Shown piece after piece: positions 37,963 to 47,000 of a DNA stretch of 64,000 nt. Under the pieces are notes generated by a model that was given only the letters and a program-made list of their open reading frames with translations, had not been told where the DNA came from and made no database searches. This DNA is from a virus (taxonomy: Duplodnaviria > Heunggongvirae > Uroviricota > Caudoviricetes): IMG/VR virus record IMGVR_UViG_2645727901_000008; one strand, written 5' to 3'. The translations under genes and the position numbers were made by a program. How positions within the stretch are numbered: position 1 is the stretch's first letter; each line of letters begins with the position of its first letter.

Positions 37963-38120
37963 AGTTCCTGAACGCACCTTCAATAATCGGCAATAGCAAT
38001 ACCACAGCTACTGAAACTAATGCCCCATCAGCCAACACCGACATCACTTTGCTGGTGAAATCCACCAGTACGGACAAAACGAGAAAGCCAATGGCGCCCG
38101 CAATACGCGCCTTGCCAATC
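37959..38120 (-). CDS. Possible small membrane protein (about 53 aa)
   Basis: Translation MIGKARIAGAIGFLVLSVLVDFTSKVMSVLADGALVSVAVVLLLPIIEGAFRNS. Confidence 0.25.
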
Positions 38121-38121
38121 A

Positions 38122-38577
38122 TTACAGATAATCTTCCACACGAAGGCCAAGACGGCGACCAACCTCTTCCAGAACCTTATGCTCCGCAGGTTCGATTTCA
38201 CCATCTGCTTCAGCGATCGTGAGCATGTTCACGAAGACTTCTTCCGCTTCTTTGGGATCGTTTTTGATATCTTCAATTTCGCGGAGGATATTCATGCGAC
38301 CAACACGGAAACCAGCTTCCAGTTGCTCAGTAAAACGGGTGATTGTTGCGGTAATTTCGTTGCCAAAATGACTTAAGCGAGGATTAGAGCGGACAAGCTG
38401 ATCAAGTTTCGCTGTTTCTTCCTTTTCGATTTCACCATCTGCGGCAGACACCAGCAAACAGCCACCGATGATGGCCTCCATCAGATCGCGATTCTCAACC
38501 CTTTTCAGCTCTACTTTTGCTGAAGCGACTTTCTTACCGAAAAATTTACCGAACATTGGTTTTCCCTCAATAAACAT
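38122..38577 (-). CDS. TerB-like (tellurite-resistance family) protein; start may be ATG at 38556
   Basis: Repeated helical ...ADGEIE... segments typical of TerB-like proteins; GAGGGAAAA RBS before the internal ATG. Confidence 0.5.
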   Translation of the reverse strand: MFIEGKPMFGKFFGKKVASAKVELKRVENRDLMEAIIGGCLLVSAADGEIEKEETAKLDQLVRSNPRLSHFGNEITATITRFTEQLEAGFRVGRMNILREIEDIKNDPKEAEEVFVNMLTIAEADGEIEPAEHKVLEEVGRRLGLRVEDYL

Positions 38578-38823
38578 GACGTATTTATTAGGTTGCGGTG
38601 CCTGGTGCCTCCAGGTGACGTTAACCAGTTAACAATTAACGCCGGGATTTTTGTCTTCACAATTAAGGAGGATTGTTTTAACTGTTCCGCGTGCGCTTAG
38701 CCGCATTCACCGCAATGGTAAGAGCACTTGGCTGGCTGGGCGGCGATGACGCCTGTACGCATTTGGTGAACCGGTTCTGCTTCCGGCATTCGCTTAATTA
38801 GCCAAATACTCTTAACGTTGCAC

Positions 38824-38910
38824 TGGCGGAGAGTAATGGAATCGAACCATCATCGCTTGCGCAATGGGACGGTTTTCAAGACCGCTTGAGCACCATGCTC
38901 CCTACTCTCC
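38824..38910 (-). tRNA. tRNA-Ser-like (anticodon UGA, long variable arm), atypical D-arm
   Basis: 7-bp acceptor GGAGAGT/ACTCTCC, anticodon loop CTTGAAA, T-loop TTCGATT, encoded CCA; folded by eye. Confidence 0.5.
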
Positions 38911-39045
38911 CGTTATTGTGGCGACCGGTGCTGATCTCCGGCTTGCGGTTATTTCAGACTCTCACGGGCGTTTAATTGCCCCGCCGAACAGCTCTTTTCC
39001 GCAATAGCTGCAATGTCTTTCGCGCATCAGCCTGCGCATTCACCA

Positions 39046-39135
39046 CAATGTTGAGAACACTGGTTGTCACGCTGCAACGCAACATTTATTCGTAGATTGG
39101 GATATGACCCCGTTACGCCAGTGTTCTCAACGTTG
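39046..39135. repeat. 18-bp inverted repeat CAATGTTGAGAACACTGG ... CCAGTGTTCTCAACGTTG flanking about 54 bp
   Basis: Read from sequence; one mismatch between arms. Confidence 0.55.
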
Positions 39136-39283
39136 TAGTGCCGGTTACGGTTCCGGCCAGGCCTCTTCCTCAACGGGTTGTTCTCCATACGGACTACCGT
39201 TTATTGGTCGTTCCTGCGGTTTATGTTGTGAAGCCAGATGCTTATCTTCTGGTTGCTTCAAAGAGCTGCACTTCATCACAACG

Positions 39284-39356
39284 GTAAGGGTACTTCGTAG
39301 GGATTCGAACCCTCTGCCAAGCACGGCGATCTCCGACGTCGCAAAATACCCTTACC
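39284..39356 (-). other. tRNA-like element with T-arm (GGGTTCGAATCCC) and 10-bp closing stem but no canonical anticodon arm; possible tRNA pseudogene
   Basis: Folded by eye; T-loop present, cloverleaf incomplete. Confidence 0.25.
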
Positions 39357-39364
39357 TGTTGCGT

Positions 39365-39440
39365 TGGTGCCGATTAACGGGATCGAACCGCTGACCATTC
39401 GCTTACAAAGCGACTGCTCTACCAACTGAGCTAAACCGGC
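39365..39440 (-). tRNA. tRNA-Thr (anticodon UGU)
   Basis: Reverse complement GCCGGTTTAGCTCAGTTGGTAGAGC...CTTTGTAAG...GGTTCGATCC...CGGCACCA. Confidence 0.85.
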
Positions 39441-39444
39441 AATT

Positions 39445-39531
39445 TGGTGGGGAGTGATGGAGTCGAACCACCCGAGTCGCAATGACAGTAGATTTACAGT
39501 CTACCCCGCTACCCCTACGGACTAACTCCCC
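39445..39531 (-). tRNA. tRNA-Tyr-like (anticodon GUA, class II long variable arm)
   Basis: Acceptor GGGGAGT/ACTCCCC, anticodon stem-loop GTAGA-CTGTAAA-TCTAC, T-loop TTCGACT, encoded CCA. Confidence 0.6.
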
Positions 39532-39536
39532 TAAAG

Positions 39537-39612
39537 TGGCGATGGTGGGTGGATTCGAACCACCGACCGACAGCTTAGAAGGCTGCTGCTCTATCCTACT
39601 GAGCTACACCAT
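39537..39612 (-). tRNA. tRNA-Arg (anticodon UCU)
   Basis: Reverse complement GATGGTGTAGCTCAGTAGGATAGAGC...CTTCTAA...GGTTCGAATCC...CACCATCGCCA. Confidence 0.85.
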
Positions 39613-40853
39613 CACTTGCCGGGTACGTCTCCGGCGAGGGCTTCCACCTCCGTATGCTTTTCGGCGCACCGCGCCCTGGCTGCAATTCAGTAACAGGGGA
39701 TGCATAACCCTGGCTTCCAGCGTGATTAGCGCCTTCAGCATGACGGGATATACCCGTAACCAACAAACTTTCCCATATACCATCAAACAATGGCTGTTAC
39801 GCGGGAGGGACGTAACAGGTAAGGGCGCTGACCAGAAAGACCTGACCCTTCTCATTCATCTGGTTAATCACACCAGCGCCCTTGCCTGTTATGTCTCCCC
39901 GTTCCCTAATACACAGACGGGGACACTCTGCGGTCGATTTTTTGACGGGGGACGACTCATACCCCGTGGCGTCTGGCTTCTTAGGCCGCTACCATCATCA
40001 GATCATCGTTTGCATTTACTTTAATGGTCGGTTTCTAAACCGCCGCAAAGCCGCTAACCATGACGAAAACCCTAAAAAAGCCCACCCGAAGATGGGCAAA
40101 TACGCTACATCTCACACAAGAAAGAAGCCGACTGCCTGAGCTGGATTCACTTTCAAATGCCCGCAGAAAGGGAACACAAGTCGGCTTCTTTCTTGATGCG
40201 GCACTCTCTCCGCCCGTCACCGTTCTGTCTCGGTTGTCGCGTTTGCCACGCCAGCCGTAACGAGGTTTAAAGTCTTTGCACGTTTCCATCACTCGACTGC
40301 CGTCTGTGGCTGTTCGTTGCAGCGGGGGTGCCTCCCCCTGGGGATATCCCCGGCCTTACCCCATTCTTTCAAGACACAATGCAAGGCCGCATCCGCATAG
40401 GTGCATTACCGCAACATTAAGGAGACTTAGGGCAAAAGGTAATCGCCACAAAAAAAATCCCTATGCCTCCTTAATGTTGAGGATGTGCATTGATGATGAT
40501 TCGATGCGGCGAGTCCCGTTACTCTCTGCCGGACCATCATCAATGAACATCTTAAAAAGACCTTCCGTGGCTCAACATGTCTTGTCGTTTACTCCGTAAA
40601 GTGCTCTCTCTGAAACCACTTTACGCACTAAACCTGCTGAACTTTGGCTTGCTCGGTGCCAAAGCGAGTCCCTGTATGTATGTAATTTTCTAACACTTTA
40701 ATTTGTTATTTGCTGGTGGGCGAACAACAACCAATAAGTGACTATCAAGCCCAGCAAGCGAAATGTGGCAACGCTCCACCAGCAAGGAAAATTCTAAGTT
40801 AAGTTACTCTCACAATCAATACGTTCGTTTAGTGAAATTAGATTTCTAACATT
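39613..40853. other. About 1.2 kb without a convincing CDS; rich in long-loop inverted repeats
   Basis: Only short, overlapping ORFs in all frames; 13-bp inverted repeat CAACATTAAGGAG...CTCCTTAATGTTG around 40408-40478 and others. Confidence 0.4.
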
Positions 40854-42074
40854 TTATTTCCCATAAAGATCTTCTACGCCCCCATTCTTCTTGTCCCATT
40901 CGTTAGCCCACACCCGGCAGGCATCAATAATTTCTTGACGACGGTCGCCCTGCATAAAGGGGATGCTTTCATGAAAACTACTTGGGATACAGGCCACGCT
41001 GAATACGGTATCAAACGCAGTCTGTTTGATAGCTTCCAACGTCTCTGGGCGCATTTTCAATTCATCGATCGGCGCATCCTTAGAGTCCATAATCCGGCGA
41101 TGCAGGCGCGGGAAATCAGTCTCCAGGTACGCCATAATTTTATCTGCCAGGCATTCGTCTATATCGGTATTCCAGTCCGTTTCGAAGCCGGGCAGGCGAT
41201 AGTAAAGCGGCGTTCCCCATACTGATGGGATCACATCCATCGTCAGCAGGCGGTTGGTTCTAATTTGTTGATGGTAATTAGCCGTCAACAGAGCTTCACC
41301 ACGCTGACCAGTCTCCGCAACCAGACCATGCGGGTACTCATGGATATAGGCAATAGCATCCACCCCGTCATACATGAGCGGGAATGTCTCTGGCCTTTGT
41401 CCCATACCACAAGCGCGGTTCAGATCATGACCAAGCTGTGAGCACTCTCGTTTCAGCGTTTCAATAATGTTCTGCGCTGTTGCTAACTTTTTACGCAGTG
41501 TGACGCCTTCGCCTTGATACTTAATGCATTGCTGATTCAGCTCTGTTAAACGCTCTTTTAGTTCCCGACGCTCTCTTTTCAGCGCACGGTTATCCTTCTC
41601 CGCAACATCCAGTCGTTTTGACAGACTGGCTGGATAGTCTTTTTTGTAACGACTCAAATCGGCTTCTGCGGATTTGCGCAGTGTGTTTGCCTGTTCAAGA
41701 CGCGCTTCCAGATTACCGATCTCACTACGCATATTCGCGGCAAATTGATTAACAGCATTGCCAAGACTTTCAACTGTCGCTGATACGCCTGTGACTTGTG
41801 AAAAACGGATCAAGCCATCATTAACGGCTTGTTGATATCCCTCAAACTGATCCACCAGCTTGTTGTAATCAACCGTCCCTTCCTCAAGTAGCTGGTTGAT
41901 CTCCGCGACCAGGTTATCAGTAGTGGCAATGACGCTCTCATGTAACCGTCTGGACAGGTCATCCCCCGGATTCCGCTTTTGAATAAGGGCGATCTGTGTC
42001 CGCAGCGTTTCAATCGCGGCTGAGATGATTTCCAGATTAGAAGTATCAGTTTGTTGACTCATTGCAGTTCCCAT
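40854..42074 (-). CDS. Hypothetical coiled-coil protein (start likely ATG at 42074 or 42062)
   Basis: Long ORF; the ORF-track start would place a TTTCTAACA motif inside the gene. Confidence 0.5.
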   Translation of the reverse strand: MGTAMSQQTDTSNLEIISAAIETLRTQIALIQKRNPGDDLSRRLHESVIATTDNLVAEINQLLEEGTVDYNKLVDQFEGYQQAVNDGLIRFSQVTGVSATVESLGNAVNQFAANMRSEIGNLEARLEQANTLRKSAEADLSRYKKDYPASLSKRLDVAEKDNRALKRERRELKERLTELNQQCIKYQGEGVTLRKKLATAQNIIETLKRECSQLGHDLNRACGMGQRPETFPLMYDGVDAIAYIHEYPHGLVAETGQRGEALLTANYHQQIRTNRLLTMDVIPSVWGTPLYYRLPGFETDWNTDIDECLADKIMAYLETDFPRLHRRIMDSKDAPIDELKMRPETLEAIKQTAFDTVFSVACIPSSFHESIPFMQGDRRQEIIDACRVWANEWDKKNGGVEDLYGK

Positions 42075-42177
42075 TGTTTTTTGCAAGATTAGTTTTCTAA
42101 CATATTTTATTAGTATGAGAACAAGAGCGAAAGATGTGATAAACAAAAAACCCGCTAATCGGCGGGTTTTTGAGCGG

Positions 42178-42492
42178 TTATTGTGTCATTGCCTGGTAGA
42201 TAAAATACACGATGCATACCGGTACGATAGCCCATTGCAGCAATGAAAGCAGCCTCATGGCTGTCATGGGAGTAACTCCATCTACGTATTCCTTCTCTGA
42301 CATTTTCCCTAACCAACTAACCGACAAAAGGGTCGAGTTCTCCCCCATTTCCAGCTCCCTGAGGGCTTCCCGGATTAAAGGCGCTGTTACCACCTTGCGG
42401 GCAGTGTTGAGCGTAATGCTCCGCGTCCTCCCGGCGTCATCGGCAAACGCCAGGTTCACATGATATTTTTTGCTCAATGTACAAACTCCCAA
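42178..42492 (-). CDS. Hypothetical membrane protein (104 aa)
   Basis: C-terminal hydrophobic LLSLLQWAIVPVCIVYFIY. Confidence 0.4.
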   Translation of the reverse strand: MGVCTLSKKYHVNLAFADDAGRTRSITLNTARKVVTAPLIREALRELEMGENSTLLSVSWLGKMSEKEYVDGVTPMTAMRLLSLLQWAIVPVCIVYFIYQAMTQ

Positions 42493-42674
42493 TCATTGGC
42501 TTTCGCGCTTTCCGGGGTAATGCATACCTTGTCGCCGGTAACTATGTTTCGGGCTTCTAATGCCCCATCATCCATCTTTTTAAGCTCTATACAGAAAGAA
42601 TGAGGCCATGAGCAGCGACGAGCAACAACGTTAGCACCAGCAGGGATAAGTTCAGCCACGTTAAGTAAACGCAA
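42474..42674 (-). CDS. Hypothetical small protein (66 aa)
   Basis: ORF in track. Confidence 0.3.
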   Translation of the reverse strand: MRLLNVAELIPAGANVVARRCSWPHSFCIELKKMDDGALEARNIVTGDKVCITPESAKANDWEFVH

Positions 42675-42688
42675 AACGATTTCTCCGT

Positions 42689-43132
42689 TTAATCAAGACA
42701 AACATATTCCGTGATAGCTTTTATGGCTTCATCGGCACTGCGCGCCTCAAAGCAGTAATAGCCTGCTTCCGTGAGGCGAGTCATCCAGACGAGCTGTTCG
42801 GGAGTCAGACGGTTTCTCCCGTGCTTCATCTCAATGCGCATTCCGTGATACCCACCACGAGCAAGGTCAATAGAAAGGTCCGGATAGCCCTTCTTCTGAC
42901 CTTCTGCCACCATCTTAATGGCTGTCCTTTTGCCTCTCAGGCCGCCGTTCGGTGTTGAGTGTGTGTGCTCATACACGTATCGCATGTTGCGATACAGCCA
43001 ATCCAGAACGCGAACCTGTTCGTAATGTTCGTAATTCCGTTTTAATAAGTCAGGATTTCTTTCTAACTCTCTCAGTGCAGCAGCGTGCGGGGATATTTCA
43101 GAATACGCACTATGATGCCTGCGTCTTCGCAT
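42689..43132 (-). CDS. VRR-NUC domain nuclease-like protein
   Basis: GYPDLSIDLARGGYHGMRIEMKHGRNRLTPEQ resembles the VRR-NUC (PD-(D/E)xK) motif; ATG at 43132. Confidence 0.6.
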   Translation of the reverse strand: MRRRRHHSAYSEISPHAAALRELERNPDLLKRNYEHYEQVRVLDWLYRNMRYVYEHTHSTPNGGLRGKRTAIKMVAEGQKKGYPDLSIDLARGGYHGMRIEMKHGRNRLTPEQLVWMTRLTEAGYYCFEARSADEAIKAITEYVCLD

Positions 43133-43320
43133 CAAATTTCTAACACAAACTTACTGAATTCATGAACACGATAATAACAAGAGCGTTAGTTTTATCAAAC
43201 CGAGGGGAATACTACTGAAGAGATAGGCGGATGCAACAGGTCGGACTTGTTTTTAGAGTAAATGGTGATGCGGGTCAACAAGCCGGGTAAATTGTATGTC
43301 ATTTACCCAACTTGTTATTT

Positions 43321-43581
43321 TTAATGGTTTATTTTATCAGGTTCGTTAATTTCCGTAACCGCCTTGTCGATAGCAATCATCCATCCTTCATAGGATAAAT
43401 CATCAACAAGTCCCACCAGCTTATCGTCAGTGTGCGGAAAATAAATCCATCCCCATTTCGAAGGGTTTCCTATATGCCGCAGGGTAAATACCCGCTTATA
43501 ACGGTGGTATTCAAGGGCGTATCCCTTCCCTTGTGAGTACGCTTTTAAGTCGTCGATCGTAAACCTACGATTCTTCCGCAT
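43321..43581 (-). CDS. Hypothetical protein (86 aa)
   Basis: ORF in track. Confidence 0.4.
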   Translation of the reverse strand: MRKNRRFTIDDLKAYSQGKGYALEYHRYKRVFTLRHIGNPSKWGWIYFPHTDDKLVGLVDDLSYEGWMIAIDKAVTEINEPDKINH

Positions 43582-43583
43582 GG

Positions 43584-44018
43584 CTACCCCACGATTCGAT
43601 ATTTCTCTATAGACTCGTCGTAACTTGTGTATACGTATGGCTCTGTATCATCAGCATAAGGCGCGACTTCCAGAGCATGAACGGGATTGTATACCGCGTC
43701 ATTTTCCAGGCGATCGCTCGAATACAGATGCCCGGCTAAAACCGTAAGCGCCGGGCGACTCATTTTGTAGATTTCTGCCACATCACTATCTACAACTTGT
43801 CCAAATGATATGTCGCCACGCTCCAGCAATAACGTTTTAAGCGCAGGCCACCACGGCCCATAAAGATGATAAAGCTGTGGATCTCTTTTCAGCCTTTCCG
43901 CCATGCCATCCAGATATGCATCCAGAAACGCCTCTTCACTCCTGCCATTGAGCGCCTGCGGCAAAATGTCCTCAAGGTAGGATTCCGTCGGTTTTACAGT
44001 GTCAATTAATGTCGTCAT
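43584..44018 (-). CDS. Hypothetical protein (144 aa)
   Basis: ORF in track. Confidence 0.45.
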   Translation of the reverse strand: MTTLIDTVKPTESYLEDILPQALNGRSEEAFLDAYLDGMAERLKRDPQLYHLYGPWWPALKTLLLERGDISFGQVVDSDVAEIYKMSRPALTVLAGHLYSSDRLENDAVYNPVHALEVAPYADDTEPYVYTSYDESIEKYRIVG

Positions 44019-44054
44019 TCAAATTCGGCCCCGGTTGGGGCCGCTCCTTATCTG

Positions 44055-47000
44055 TTAGGCCGCATCGGCGATTATTTTACGCAATTCATCTACCGAGTAA
44101 CGCGTAGATACCATCCATGCAGGACGGTCAAAGTTCACATCAGCAACCGGGTTTGCTTCAAAATTCCAGAAACGCCCGCCAATCTTCTTAATCGCGTCTT
44201 TGGCGTTCCGTATTGTCGAGGAACCAGGTTGGTCGGCAATGAGATAAACCGCACCGACGTCCTCGCTGACACTCCACCAGCGCCCGCGAACACGCGCCTT
44301 AGCGCGAATCGGCTTATCATTAACCACAATGATATAGTCATCATTCGCCGCTTCATCAGCTCTGGCTTCAGCCACTGCCGCCTGCTCTTCTCTTTTGCTT
44401 TCAGCCTGTTCAAGCCTTTCCGCGATCTCTGATTCGGTGGCCCCGCCGTTTTTCAGCGATACATAGTCTTGCCACGTTGCTGATTTGAGCGCATCCGGCA
44501 ACTCATTCACATAGTCACCGTCTTTCAACTCACGGGCGCGGCGGGTAGCCATTTCTACCAGGCGATTAACAGAAACAGCATCAGCAAAATCGTCCTTACT
44601 AATGTGTTTTTCATCAAATGCATTGATGACAGCCCCCACCTTAATCCACTGCGCTGCTGGCGAATCCAGAGGATTATCGGCCTGAACAATGGCTAATTTC
44701 GCTCCATCGACACCATTATTAGCCAGCTGCTCCAATGCCGACCAGCCATCGGCATCGCTGAGTGATTTATATTGCTCAAACAATGCATCGCGCCAGGCCA
44801 CCAGCGCAGCTCGTGTTTTCTCAATTTTCGCCGTAATTTTCGCGGCCTTCACCTGATTAAACATCCGTTCAATGTCATCAGTGTTGCTAAAGGCTTTCAT
44901 CCTGCCCTGGAATAAACGGTATGCCACCACGGTCTTCCAGAAAGATTCCAGCCCTTCTCCGGACGGTTTACGGAACAGGCTAAGAATATCTTCAGAAGTA
45001 ACTTTATTAAGTGAGCGACCGGACAAACCACGCCCTGCCATCCAGTTTTCAAACTCCTGGGAAACATCATCCATCGTGGCCTGTGACCCCCATGCCTGCA
45101 TTCCCTGGATGTAATCATATCCATACAATGCCTGGAGGAATCCCTCGCCGTCCACGACATTCAGCGGGTTATCACTGGCTTGTATTTTTGCCACTTCACG
45201 CTTCAGCGCCTCATCGTTGCCATCAGGGTAAATCCACCGCTCAGGCGCTATATCCGATGCTCGCCCGATTTTTTGACCTATTACGCCATCATAAGCCGAT
45301 GACAGTGCAATCTGACCATCATCGGTGCGATAAGCCCAGTATTTAATAGCTGAACCACCGCCCCATACTCTACTAGGCTTCCCGGCAGTGACATTCATTA
45401 CCCCATTGCGAATAGCATCATAGAACTGATCGCGCGTAAGTGTTGTTGATAGCTGGTGGCATTGAACACCACGTGCAGCTGTTTCACGCGATTCTGCAAC
45501 TCCCTCTTCAAAGGTTACCGATTCAATTATCAGGTTAAAGGGCAAAAATAATGCCGTCCCCGGAGAACGAGAGTAACGACTAGCCACATCCAGCCAGGAT
45601 ATGCGGCACGTACACCCGCCCCTTTCCGCATCAATGGCGGTAACACGAACAATTGCTGTCGTATTGTGATTCTCATCGATGATCGCGCGATAATGGCTGC
45701 CCTTGTGCAACAAGATATTTTTCTCAGTGCGTACATACTCCTGTGGGTTCTGCAATACATCGGCATCAAGCTCCAGAACCCCGGCTTTAATCGCACGTTC
45801 CAGATCACCACGAGAACGTTTCATAACGGTGTCAGCGTCTTTAGCTCTGGTGATCGCAAAGCGTAGCTCCCGCACACGTTTTCTGTAGTCTCGCAACTGT
45901 TCCAGAACATATTTCTGCCCGTTCCTGTTCGTCCCCGCTTTAATCAGGTCGTCAAGATTGCGCTGGTAATGCTCTACCTGCTCCATCGCGCTTTTCAGTT
46001 CTGTCTCCATCATGCCGATATCTTTCCCGGCAGCATTCGCCGCTTTCAGGTAGTTATCGAGAGCATTATTGGCTTCGCGTAGGGCTTTCAGTTTCAGACG
46101 TTCTTCACGCTCTTGCGCCTGACGACTCATGATTGCACGGCGTTCTTCCGGATTTGCCGCCAGCATAATGGCGCGTTCATCTGCGTCATCCGCATCACCA
46201 TTGGCGATCTCTGACATGTCGGAGGTCATCACCATATTGATCCAGTCCTTCTTACGTTTCAGCGTATCCAGACGGAAGTCATCAAATGTGCCTTTGCCAC
46301 AATAGTAGTGAACATTGACCTTTTCTTGTGGTGAGCCTACCCGAGCGCCGCGCCCATTACGTTGGTCGATACTGGCAGGAGTCCAGGGTAGTGTCAGATG
46401 GTGGATATCGGTTGTCCCGATGTGCAAGTTAATACCTACTTCAGCCTTCTTGTTACAGATTATGATGCGCGTGCGACCTTCGTTATAGTCGGCGGCAATA
46501 CCTTCCATGCCCTCAAGGCCAGCATCATTTTTAGCTGAGAGATAATCCTCATATTGGGCAAGTTTGCTGTAGTAGGTTTCCCATGCACCTTCTTTGTATT
46601 CACCGTTTTTATTTGGCGTAGGTTCAGTCGGCTTATTCACCTTCTTCAGCTTGACGCCGCCAGCCTGGCTAACTGTCGTCGCATTGATAATGCCTATCTC
46701 CTGCTCCGGCATTTGCAGTGCACTGGCAATAATACGGCGCAGCTTCTGGTGCTGGGCTTTTTCATCAATGAAGACGATTTGTTTACCGTTCTTCAGACCT
46801 TCACGAAGGTTTTCGATCAGCGCGGCATACTTCGGCGGGATGGGGTGTGATACCTGCTGCATATCAATACCGGCAGCCGCAATGGCCTTCAGTATTTCAG
46901 CTTCCAGTTCAATGCCAGCACGTATTTCAACATGCGACGGATGTTCGCTAAAGGTGGTCTTCACTACCTTGCTGGCACGCGTACTGACCAGCCCACCAGC

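Noticed and set aside
39104-40024. Plus-strand ORFs 39104-39394 and 39482-40024
   Set aside because: They overlap the minus-strand tRNA-Thr, Tyr and Arg genes and a hairpin-rich non-coding region; translations are Cys/Arg/Pro-rich with no RBS.
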